NCBI GenBank assembly: GCA_002633005.1
Contig: NMRA01000612.1
Location: 133,027-197,026 of the forward strand
From: Phoronis australis
Taxonomy: Eukaryota; Animalia; Phoronida
Direction of reading: 5' to 3'
DNA length: 64,000 bases
Both the position numbers and the translations under genes were made by a program. Of this stretch, positions 13,148 to 24,849 are shown piece by piece; within the stretch, counting starts at the first letter, position 1, and each line of letters begins with the position of its first letter. Below the pieces are notes generated by a model. It was not told the DNA's origin and searched no databases. It was given only the letters and a program-made list of their open reading frames with translations.

Positions 13148-16100
13148 TCAGGTTACGAAGTTTCCCTCGATCTCCACACCATGCGCGGGCGTAATTATGT
13201 GAATAACGAGATAGGGTCCTCTCCAACCCAACCCTAATTTTTGATTAACAGTGGGTGGATACCAACGAAAGACCAAATCACCCTCTTTAAACGCTCTGAG
13301 TTTAAGTTTAGAATCGTAGTATGACTTTTGTCTGGACGCACTTGCTTTTAGTTTCTCACGAGTTACTCGTGTGTAAACATCAATGTGGACTTTAACCACT
13401 CTACGTAAGCAGTCAAACACGGTACGTCTGTCTCATGTCGGGAATCACTGGGGTTTTCCAGCATGACTTCAATGGGATGTGACACCTCGTGTCCAAACAA
13501 CATTCGAAAGGGAGAACACCCTATACTGTCGTGCACCGTGGAACGGTACGCCAGCATAACGTAAGGCAAGTGATCGTCCCAGTCTTGGCGGTTTTCGTCG
13601 ACAAACATGGCAAGCATTTGCTGGACAGTTCGGTTAAATCTCTCGTCCATGTCGTCAGACTGTGGTCTGTATGGCGTAGTTCTGGTTTTCGAGATTTCGA
13701 GCAAGGAACAGAGTTGAGACATAAGTTCACTCTCAAATTCTCTACCGTGATCGGTACATGTATGTATGAATTTGGAAATACCAAATCGACAAATAACTTC
13801 TTTAACGAGTGTGTCAGCAACAATGTAGGCCGTATGTTCAGGTAGACTGAAAGCTTCTGTCCACTTGCTGAAGTAATCGCCAACTACCATGATGTACTTG
13901 TTCCCGTTTTCTGTCTCAGGTAATGGCCCCAAGATATCGATGGCAACTCGTTGAAAGGGAGCACCCACTCTGCTTTGCTTTAGAGGTGCCCGTCCATGCC
14001 CTAGTGCAGGCTTGCGGCGTGCGCACATGTCGCATTTGCGACACCACCATGTGACATCACCAAGTAGACCTGGCCAATAGTAGCAGGACCTCACAGCTCT
14101 CAGGGTTCTCTCTCTTCCGAGGTGACCAGCTGTCCTGTTATTATGCAAGGCTTTCAATATCTCAGAACGCAACGTCTGAGGTACGACCAGCACACAACGT
14201 TCTCCGTTCCCACAATCATCGATCCATCTGCGGTATAGTAAACTGTCGCGTATTTCAAGTAAATTCGATTTGCTGAATAGCCTCTTTGCCTGATTACTAT
14301 ATTCAGCGATGACATCACGGCTAGGTTTGTCAGGGTATTCTCTGGGCCAACAACACAGTCTTGCTCCTTCAGCCTCGCAACTCGTCAGGATTCCACCTTG
14401 GCAACCACATATTCGGTTCTCAATTACTTTGACGTGTCGTCCGTCACTTGTTGGCGGGCCTCAAGGCAGATACCACACTGGAGCCGGCACACTGGGTGCA
14501 ATCGCCCCGTTGACATCTCCTTCGTGGTTTGCTTGACAGCCCGTCGGCGTTTCCATGTAGGGAGCCTTTAGGATGCTCATTGTCAAAATCATACGCATCT
14601 AGAGTCGCTATCCAGCGTGCAAAAATATCGGTCGTTTGTTTAAATTTTCTGAGCCAGCGTAGAAAACTGTGGTCAGTTCTGACAAGGAATTTCCTGCCCC
14701 ACAAGTAATGGCGGAAACGCTTCACAAAAGTGACAAGAGCCAAGAGCTCTCTGTATGTTGTACAGTATCTCTCTTGGGTTTTGGATAGAGCGTTACTGGC
14801 ATATGCAATTACATTTTCTTCACCGTTTTGGACCTGTGACAGAACGCCTGAGGTACCATAGGCAGACGCGTCAGTGTCTAGAATGAACTGACCATTACCG
14901 TTGGGGAAGGCCAAAACTGGATGTTCCGTAAGGGCATTCTTGAGACTGTCAAAGGCATGTTCACAAGCACTGTCCCACACAAATCTGTGTCAGTGCAGTG
15001 AGCGGGGCGGCGATACTAGAAAAGTCGAGGATGAAGCGCCGATAGTACGAAGCTAGACCAAGAAAGCTCCTGACGTCTGAAACGTTCGTGGGGCGTGGCC
15101 AGCAATGCACAGCTTCAACTTTATCTGGATCGCAAGAGACACCGAAAGTCGAGACCTCGTGACCAAGGAACTTGACTTTCCGTTGAAAAAGACATTTGGA
15201 GGGTTTCAATCGTAAGTCAGCTTCTCGTAGCCGAAGAAAAACTTCTCTCAGATTTGCTAAAGCAGAATTAAATGCATTTGCGTAGCAAATAACATCGTCG
15301 AGATACACTCGACATTTCTGCCATTTAAGACCTTGAAGGACATTTTCCATGAGCCTCTCAAAAGTGGCACCAGCATTGCATAAACCAAATGGCATAAATT
15401 GATAGTGTTGCCCTCTGTCAATCACAATCGCCGTTTTGGGTTTGTCTTCTTCTGACATGGGGACTTGCCAGTACCCACTTGCTAAATCTAGCGTGGAGAA
15501 GTACGACATATTGCCAAGTTGGTCAAGACAGGTGTCTATGCGTGGCAGGGAAAAACATCTTTTCTCGTAGCCGAGTTGACTTTTCTGAAGTCAATGCAGA
15601 ACCGCCAATCAGACGGATTTTTACTAGGTTCGTTAAGTCGGGCCGTGTCTTTGTCTTTTCTGACCAAGACAATTGGTGATGCCCATGGACTGTTAGTGGG
15701 CTCAATCACGCCTGATTTTAACATTCGGTCAATTTCAGCGTCTGCTATTTCACGTTGCATTACAGGTCTAGGGGATTGCTTTATGGGAGCATGGTTACCC
15801 GTGTCAATTTTGTGAAAAGCTTTAGCCGTGCGTCCTAACTCGCCGTTAGGGCCAGCAAAGACGTCTGAGAATTCGACTATTAGGGCTTTAACTTGAGCGG
15901 CTTGATCGGCATTAAGACCTTTGATCGCGCTCTTAAACATGGGTTCTAAATGGCTGGTCAGTGAACCGTTTTCCAACCCTGAAGGTTTGTTGCGGTCACT
16001 AGTCACTACACCACTCATACATGTACACTTACTGGACAGTGGACCGTTTTCCAACCCTGAAGGTTTGCTGCGGTCACTTGTCACCACACCACCCGTACAT

Positions 16101-17606
16101 TTACGGTTCGGACGTAGAGATATCTGTACCCCCTTGATAAAAACGAAGTCCTTTGGGGAAAATTAAACGTTTGACAACTATTTCGTTTCATGAAATCGAG
16201 ACCCAAAATAATTGGTATGTCGATATCAACGACAAGAAAATTGTGTGAAAATTCCAAATTTTCCACACTAAACGAGATTTCGAGGTACCCGAAATCTTTA
16301 ATCAAGTTTCCACTCGCATCATAAAGCGGAACAGTATTTGGACACAGTTCACGGGTATTCAACCCGATCCCTTCAAATACAGTGACGGACATCAGCGTAC
16401 GAGCTGAACCCCTGTTATACAAGGCATCAAATGCTTCACCAAAAATATTTACAGTAAGAAAAAGACAGTTAACATTATTTACATCGAAAGCGGCTGAATC
16501 TCCGGTCTCAGACCCAACCGTTTTCAGTTTAAATTTGGGTTATGCCCATTTGCTGCTTGGGATCTCGAGTCGGCCTGACGCTCGGCATCCGCTGAGCGGT
16601 TCCTTGAGCGACAGTCGCGACTAATGTGTCCACTCAGGCCACATGAATGACAAATTACAGGTCTTCTCTGTTCTCTCTGAACTCTCAACTGATTTTTCAG
16701 ATCATCAACTTCTTTGCGTAATTCGCCATATTGACGCGCAATTATGCTAGAATCCTTCTTATTTGCCGCGTTCACATTGCATATGCGTTCAGGGTCATAA
16801 GGTTTACGATTGTATGGTTGTGTGCTTTCAAAAGCTTCAAACTCTACTGCCAGTGCAATCGCAGCGTCAGTAGATATTGGATGGTTAAATTGGACATGCC
16901 TCTGTAAGGCTTTGTCCCCAAGGATTTAAACTCGCACTTGTATGCGGCGATTCTCTCCGGGGGATTAAATCTCTGTGACAGTGTTTCTCTTAATAGATGA
17001 TAATTGGATAGTTGACTAGGAGTTAGTTCAGACATCACTCGCAAGGCGGCGCCTCTCAGGCAAGTCGAGAATTGTATGGCTATTTCGTCTTCAGTCCACC
17101 CATTCCATCTACTAATTATTTAAATTGCCAAATAAAATCCGTCCAGTCACATGTCTTTCCATCAAATGAAGAAAGTTGTTTTTCTTTTCTTTTTACAACT
17201 AAATTATTTGTTTGTGGTACTGAATGCACCGAGCCTTCATCAAATAGTGCGGCCTCATATCTGGCGTACGAATTCGTACGCAGCTCACGTGCAGGACTCG
17301 CGGGCAAACTATTTTCATTGTTCAACGAGCTGTCTAGAATCGGGTTGGTAGTTGAGACTGCGGTCATTATTCGATTTTTTTCAGGCATTGGACTTTGATT
17401 TGGTGATGAAGTTGATATCACTGGCCTTTCACCTTGAAGGTTTTCAGCACAGTTTTCGTCAACTTTATGTGGAGTGAAGAAGTTAGTCGCCAAACTCCAA
17501 AAACGGGACATCGTTTAGTCTGACTTGTTGATCACAGATTAATTCAAGGAGAAGAGTTTATTCACAGACTGATTAATTGTTGAGTCGATTTTGGGCTGCT
17601 TGGAAT
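13148..17606 (-). mobile_element. Gypsy/Ty3 LTR retrotransposon internal region, multiply frameshifted (gag-pro-RT-RH-INT); LTRs not identified
   Basis: gag 16524-17511 with zinc knuckle CHSCGLSGHISRDC; protease remnant IILGLDF (~16200); RT 14961-15800 (SPWASPIVLV, RFCIDFRKVN, TLDLASGYWQV, YLDD); RNase H (FILDTDAS, TDH, NADGLS); integrase (HH-CC, RVAIDILGP, TDHGREFES, ERFNRT) and a WRGPY module. Confidence 0.95.
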
Positions 17607-17610
17607 TTAA

Positions 17611-20600
17611 AGTCCAGGTATCACACGTTGTTAACCCTTATTACATTGTTAGAGGATGTTATAACGATCCAAGAAGTACCTACCCCATAACTAATAGACG
17701 ATCCGTACTCGAAAAAAGTTTAAATGAACGTGCCACTCACGATTCGCACCCGAAGAACAACCGCCATTTTGAACTTGCCGCGAACCCGGAAGTACAATTC
17801 ATTCAAGAACCCAGGCTAAGAAAACGCCGTCAGTGTGAGTGCCTGTTACCAGCCTGCAAACGGGGATAAAATAATGGACAGCGCGCCTTAATTTTAATAA
17901 AATAAAAATACGGACCACTTTATTGAATTTGCCCGGCCGAAGAAATGTGGCGAATAAATTTTGTCAGAAATTATTTTGCCGGCCTCAGGACCGCAGCCTA
18001 TCGGACCCGGTGCGGATCGAAACAAGACCTACGCGAACGATAAAGTCATACGGTTGCAAGCTGCTTTGTCGAAGTAAAATGTTCAAATCATAAATGCCGT
18101 ATATATTCAAAGGTAGTTTCAGACACTTGGATAAAATTACGGGTTGGTTAATCCTGTGTCACACTGCCGCGGCAGCCCTTAGCTAGCCTCAGTGCCAGCT
18201 ACCAGTATGAAGACTACCGTCACAATACAGCTAGCTTGTTAGTAGGCCCATACAGCTTTGGGCCAAGGCTACCCTTAAGCCTACCTGGTCGCTGGCCACA
18301 GCGCTCGCTCAAACGAGGTTTATTTAGAACTTGGGTACTTCTGGCGAACTGTGCAAAGTTGTTGTTTTTCGACAGAGATTTTCCCAAACTTTGTATGAGA
18401 GCACCAAGCTTAAAAAATGGGGGGCTGGAATTTTTCGGAATGTCTTTCTTTTACTATAAGGTTCACTGGGTGTGTTCAGAGTTAGGAACTTCCTGTCTTC
18501 TTGTAGAATATGTCGTCTCGTTTTCTACTTTTTTGGAGTTCGTGCTTCTCTGACTGAGGCAGACCTTTTTCCATTTCTCCAAATAGGGGCTCGTTCGAGC
18601 ACATAAGTATGACAAGTCCAATACAAAATGTTATCATTTTTTATTCATTAAAGTCCTTCTCTCACGCGTTGATAACCCTTATTACATGGTTAGAGGATGT
18701 TATAAGGATCCAAGAAGTACTTAACCTATAACTAATACACAATCCGTACTCGAAAAAGGTTTAAATGAACGCGCCACTCACGATTCGCACCCGAAGAACC
18801 ACCGCCATTTTGAGCTTGCCGCGAACCCGGAAGTACAATTCATTCAGGAACTCAGGCCGAGAAAACGCCGTCAGTGCGACTGGAGCAGTGCCTGTACTGT
18901 TACCAGCCAGCGAACGGGGATAAAATAATCGACAGCGCGCCTTAATTTTAATGAAATCAAACTACGGACAATTTTATCGAATTTGCTGAAGAAATGTGGC
19001 GAAAAAATNCAAAACATAACCTCGTTTTAGACCTCAATTTCAGTTAACTGGACAATGCAATCATAGTTATCATGTTTCTTCAGGAACCTCGTTCATCCGA
19101 GGGGAAAGGTGCCAGTGCCTACTGAGAGGCGATTTTTTCGCCGAGTGAGGGCGGGAACAATCTACCTCCCGATCACCATCAATAGCACCCCCGCCCTGTT
19201 GCAAGCTCTCATAGGCTCTGTCTCAATTTAAAGTAGCCTTTTGTGCTTTTAAAAATTGTCACCTGTGTGGTTACAAATGACGTGAACTCAGAGAGATTTT
19301 TCACTAGGGGAATTTTTATACCTCGTGGGGGGAATTTCGCTTGATATTTCAATATTTTTGAGAGGGGAATAGGACCGATATTGGGCCCCAAATTTGAGGG
19401 ATTGAGGGCCCTGTTCTTTTTGGAAAGAAGAATTATAATGTTTCAACCCGTAGCAGGGGCGGATCCAGGATTTTGAGTTAGGGGGGGCAGGGCACAGGAA
19501 TAAGCAGCATTTCGGCAGATGCGCGCGCCCAGCCTAAAATCTGGAGATGCAGGGGTCTTGAATTCTTGGGTTTGCGGACCTGTTGACTAAAAAAATGGTA
19601 AACGGGGTTCATTCAGCGCCTATGCGTTGTTTATTCACCCCCCAAGACCCCCTGGTTGCGCTCGTGTGCTAGTCAGCAATTCGCACCCGAACTCAAAAAT
19701 GGGATCTGATACAATTTTAGGGGGGACACCTCACTCCCCCAAATCCGTAGTCATGAAAATACAGCCTGGCATTCTCCGGTCGTTACTACATGATGCTTGA
19801 CAACTGACCAAGATGCGCGACAACATATGATCTACTCATTTGAAAACATTTATTTTACACGGACATATTTTGCTTCGTCGCGGCGTATGGCAACGACCCA
19901 ACGCTTCCGAATCTCACGTCTTTAGAGATTGTAAAGCAAACAGTTGCGTGTCCGTATTTTTTCTAGCCGTTCGCGGAACAACACGGACGGAAACACAGAC
20001 TCCTATGCCGATAAGCTAACAGAGCTATCGTAGCGAGCCTCGTTTTGGAACGCGCCTCCTATCGGCGTGAATAGGGTCTATACAGCTTTGCGCCAAGGCT
20101 ACCCTTAGGCCTAACTGGTCGCTGGCCACAGCGCTCGCACAAACGAGGTTTATTTAGAACATGGGTACTTCTGTCGAACTGTGCAAAGTTGTTGGCTTTC
20201 AATAGAGATTTTCCCAGAATTTTTATGAGCGCACCAAGCCTAAAAGAAGGGGGGGGGCTGGAATTTTTGGGAATGTCTACCTTTTCCTATAAGATTCAGT
20301 GGGTATGTTCAGAGCTATGAATTGCAGACTCTTAATTTTGGTACTTCCTGTCTTCTAGTGAAATATTGTCTCATTTTCTACTTTTTTCGGAATTCGTGCT
20401 TCTGTGACTGAGGCAGACCTTTTTCCAGTTCTCCAAAAAGGAGGCTCGTTCGAGCACATAAGTATGACAAGGTCAATACAACATGTTAAAAATTAAATAA
20501 TTAAAAATTATTTCAACTATGTTTTTAGCTTAGTGTAAGATCACCTGTATGGGAAATTTACAGTAAAATAGTTCGATTATATCTTATATTTTTGCACAAA

Positions 20601-23052
20601 AAACACGAAATTTGAACAAAGTTTCTTTTTGTAGCAATGTTTGTAGAATGTATCAACGTTAAATCTTCACAAATTTCAAAGTAGCCGATTGAACATGTCC
20701 TTCAGTTCAGCAAAAGTTGCCATGTTGTCGGTGCCGCCAGAAATGAGACGGGAATTGTGAGCACATTTATCACTTAATGAGTAACAACTGCGAGGCTGAA
20801 ATTTGGTGAACACTGTTAAATCGTGCAGAATAGTAAGTAAAGATATGTCTTACTAAATTCCACCGTAATTTGTTGGCGAAAACAATTTACACAGTTTTAA
20901 ACTCGTAACTTATCCCGCTGTCCTCCAATATGGCCGACGCGATCCAAACAAATTAAGTGACACAAATTTCGCCACAAAACTTGCAATAACTTTACACTGC
21001 TTGCCCCGATTTTCACTTTTTCGATTTTTACTGAGTAGAATGCACTACCTTTCCGATGATAGCAAAGTACTTTTTCAAAACGAGAAAAAAATAAAACCGA
21101 AAAAAATTGGTTCGACCCACATTGGTTCCTACGTTCGACCGGCCTACATAAGGAACTAAACGCCAATGCTATATTTTAACATACTAAGCACGCGTAACAT
21201 TCCAAAAAAATCAACGACCACTAACTACAAACTATAAATACACTACATATGCAAACGAATCACGAGATATTACTAATAAAACAAAATAATGAAGAGTTTT
21301 CGAGCAAGCCATAGCACATTCAGTTGCAAGGAAAAAATGGCGGCGTTCGGGACAAGTTCCTGAACTGATGAGCCGGAAATGTGGGTACGGAAATAACCGA
21401 TGACAGCCGGTAATTATACGCTCACAGAGAAGGGTCAAATACTGTTAAAATCACTTTTGGCAAGAAAGGCGAAAAGAATATAAAGAAAGGGTGTCGAAAA
21501 TAAGATTTTATGTAGTAAGTATTTTCGGATGCTGGAACCACATGGGCAGTTTGAGAGAAGGACTTTAAGCCAAAATGATTCAACCTTTTAACATAATAAG
21601 TAACTTAAAATGCACAATACTTTACAACATTTAGCATTACAAACACTATTCAACAGCAAAAGTTTCCACGATATGAAAGTGGACATACATGCAACTATTA
21701 CCATGGTGACCGAATAGTGTTTCCTTACACCAGAATTTGACAAGCATGATTAAAAAATATGAAGTTGCAAGGAATAAGAATTGGAGGCTTGAAGCTTCAC
21801 AATACAACATAGCTTATTTCTCAAATTAAGATTAATCATATTGTTGACTTGATAACCTGAATTAAGAAGCAATAAGTTACAAAACATGACTTGAAAGCAA
21901 TTGAGACTTAAAATTTAGAAAAATATTAATCATTTTGTGACACCTAATCAAGCCTTGAACAGCAGTTGATAGTCAAACAAAAAACCATTTCAAAAGTACT
22001 TCAACTATTTCTTAGCTTAGTGTGAGATCGCCGGAATGGGAAATTCACAGTAAAAAAATTCGAATTATCTTGTATTTTTTTCACAAAAAACATGGAAATT
22101 GAACAAAGTTCCTTTTTTGTAGCGAAATTTGTCAAAATGTATCAACGATCAGACATCATAAATTACAAAGTAACAGGTTGAACATGCCTTCCAGTTCAGC
22201 AAAAGTCGTCATGTTGTCGGTGCCGCCAGAAATGAGACGAGAATTGTGAGCACATTTATCACTTAATGAGTAACAACTGCGAGGCTGAAATTTGGTGAAC
22301 ACTGTTGAATCGTGCAGAATAGTAAGTAAAGATATGTCTCACGAAATTTCACCGTAAATTGTTGGAGAAAATAATTTACACAAAGTTTTAAACTCGTAAC
22401 TTATACCGCTGTTCTCCAATATGGCCGACGCGACCCAAAGAAAGTGACCCAAATTTCGCCACAAAAATTGCAATAACTTAACAGTGCTTGCCCCGATTTT
22501 GATACTTTTTGATCTTTACTGAGTAAGATGCACTACCTTTCCGATGATAACAAAGCACTCTTTCAAAACGAGAAAAAGTCAAAAACGTAAGAAATTGGTT
22601 CGATTCATATTGGTTCCTAGGTTCGACCGCCCTACGTAAGGAACTATGCACCAATGCTATTTTAACATAATAATTACGCGTAACATTCCAAAAAAATTCA
22701 ACGACCACTAACTACAAACTATAAATACACTACACACACAAACAAATCACGAGATATTACTAATAAAACAAAATAATGAAGACTTTTCGAGCAAGCCATA
22801 ACACATTCAGTTACAAGGAAAAAATGGCGGCGTTCAGGATAAGTTCCTGAACGGATGAGCCGGAAATTTGGGTACGGAAATAACCGATGACATCTGGTAA
22901 TTATACGCTCACAGAGAAGGGACAAATACTGTTAAGAATCGCTTTCGGCAAGAAAGGCGTAAAGAATATAAAGAAAGGGTTTCGAAAATAAGATATTATG
23001 TAGTAAGTATTTTCGGATACTGGAACCACATGGGCAGTTTGAGAGCAGGACT
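17611..23052 (+). mobile_element. Non-autonomous TTAA-targeting DNA transposon (Kolobok-like), copy A, split by nested copy B
   Basis: Left end TTAA|AGTCC at 17607-17615; right end TGAGAGCAGGACT|TTAA at 23040-23056. Segments 17611-18647 and 21569-23052 are collinear with copy B. An RR terminus with a TTAA target is the Kolobok pattern. Confidence 0.75.
18652..21564 (+). mobile_element. Same family, copy B, inserted into copy A
   Basis: Perfect 13-bp TIRs AGTCCTTCTCTCA / TGAGAGAAGGACT flanked by TTAA (18648-51 and 21565-68). 18660-19008 matches 17620-17960, 20080-20490 matches 18250-18630, and 20510-21564 matches 22000-23052. Confidence 0.85.
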
Positions 23053-23056
23053 TTAA

Positions 23057-23726
23057 AGTCCTTATTGCAAACTGCCCATGTGGTTCCAGTATCCGAAAAT
23101 ACTTACTACATAAATTCTTATTTTCGACACCCTTTCTTTATATTCTTTTCGCCTTTCTTGCCAAAAGCGATTTTTTAACAGTATTTGACCCTTCTCTCTG
23201 AGCGTATGATTACCGGTTGTCATCGGTTATTTCCGTACCCACATTTCCGGCTCATCAGTTCAGGAACTTGTCCTGAACGCTGCCATTTTTCCTTGTAACT
23301 GAATGTGCTATGGCTTGCTCGAAAAGTCTTCATTATTTTGTTTTATTAGTAATATAGCGTGATTCGTGTGCATATGTAGTGTATTTATAATTTGTAGTTA
23401 GTGGTCGTTGATTTTTTTGGAATGTTACGCGTACTTAGTATGTTAAAATAGCATTGGTGTTTAGTTCCTTACGTAGGCGGGTCGAACCTAGGAACCAATA
23501 TGGGTCGAACCAATTTTTTTCGGTTTTATTTTTTTCCTCGTTTTGAAAAAGTACTTTGCTATCATCGGAAAGGTAGTTCAATCTACTCAGTAAAAATCGA
23601 AAAAGAATCAAAATCGGGGCAAAGTTATTTCAAGTTTTGTGGCGAAATTTGGGTCACTTTGTTTGGATCGCGTCGGCCATATTGGAGGACAGCGGGATGA
23701 GTTACGAGTTTAAAACTTTGTGTAAA
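23057..23726 (-). mobile_element. Same family, truncated copy C in inverted orientation sharing the TTAA of copy A
   Basis: Near-exact reverse complement of 22375-23052; junction AGGACT-TTAA-AGTCCT. Confidence 0.85.
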
Positions 23727-24121
23727 CATAGATTATAGACAACAGATTCGCAACTCCGGCCTATTCTTACGAGCTGAGTTGAACTCTCCTGACCTATCTG
23801 CTGCAGTTTCCGGTCAGTGTAATTTGACGAGAAATACTTGCATCTACTTTACTGTCCAAAACATCGAAAAAAACATTAATTTATATTAATTTCGGTATTG
23901 AAACGCTTTTCAAAGTCTTTCAATAGTAGAAGTGTTGGTATTGTGTGTACTTTTGGCAATGCTACTGGTAATTAATTTCAAAATTCAAACTTCGGTTCCG
24001 ACCCTTTATGTCGTCTGCTTGCCCAATAGCAGCATAGTTATCGGACAGTTTTTGATTTACGGTTCACATAGGCCTACTGAGAAAACTACGAAAGCGTGTT
24101 TATAAATCAACATTCTCAAGT

Positions 24122-24210
24122 GAGCAGTTCTTCTGGGAAGTGTTGAGTGGCCCTTAAAAGGACCGTTGGTTGTAGATATAGCGTGAAATGGTTCTTAAAA
24201 GAACCGTTGA
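24122..24210 (-). terminator. Two tandem histone-mRNA-type 3' stem-loops plus a downstream purine-rich (HDE-like) element
   Basis: Minus strand: TCAAC-GGTTCT-TTTA-AGAACC-ATTTC (24190-24205) and CCAAC-GGTCCT-TTTA-AGGGCC-ACTCA (24149-24164), followed by CAGAAGAACTG (~24125-24135). Both fit the GGYYYT-TTTN-ARRRCC consensus with CAAC 5' flanks. Confidence 0.85.
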
Positions 24211-24215
24211 ATAAT

Positions 24216-24542
24216 TCAACATAAATCACACAGTATACCATGCTCACTCAAGTACTGAAGGTCCTCTTCATTCAAGTTTTCATCTGGGAAGGTGGGATGA
24301 AAACAGAGGAGATGACAATATCGATGACAGTTGTAACACCTTAGATAGAAATTACCGTTCACCAACGTTGTCACGAACCCTGCATCGTTCAGTTCTTGTT
24401 CCTGTATTCACAAATAATCCTGAACTGTAGGAAAAAAAACTTATGACAAACAACACAACACAAAAATAAAATTTCGAAAATCATCGCCTTCGTACGATTC
24501 CGTGTTGCTGTCACCAGACTGATGTTCTTCTCCAACGTCCAT
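24216..24542 (-). pseudogene. Intronless ~109-aa protein with an acidic N-terminus and a C4HC3 (PHD/RING-variant) finger; disrupted in this copy
   Basis: ATG at 24542. Reconstructed: MDVGEEHQSGDSNTESYEGDDFRNFI-LCCVVCHKFF-PTVQDYL*IQEQELNDAGFVTTLVNGNFYLRCYNCHRYCHLLCFHPTFPDENLNEEDLQYLSEHGILCDLC*. The last 63 codons (24219-24407) are fully open. The N-terminal CVVC needs two compensating 1-nt indels in T-runs, and there is one in-frame TGA at 24408-10. Confidence 0.7.
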
Positions 24543-24849
24543 CGTAAAAAATCGACGTTGCAAGTGATGGAAACTTGTCTACGCTCTCGTCCTTTGTTTC
24601 TAACCTTTAACCCATTTTTTAAAAAAGGGGTTTACTGTTTTTGTCTCATGTTGATAGTGCATAATCTATGGTTTTACAATGTATTAATCGTGTTAAATGC
24701 ATATATATATGAACTGGTCTCATTGAGGTGCACACCAAATAAATTAACTATAACAAATTACATGACGTGGTGCTTACTCGAATGAGTTTCATTTTAGCGG
24801 CTATTTCCAATTGTGTAGGTGAAGTAAATTAACAAANAAAGAATCAAAT

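Noticed and set aside
17620-19008. Two ~350-bp direct repeats next to Gypsy gag, first read as LTRs
   Set aside because: They start at TTAA|AGTCC, lack TG...CA ends and do not flank the internal region. They are the left ends of the nested DNA-transposon copies.
24122-24210. Histone gene or histone pseudogene as the source of the stem-loops
   Set aside because: No histone-fold or Lys/Arg-rich coding sequence lies upstream on either strand; the adjacent frame is a Cys/His finger.
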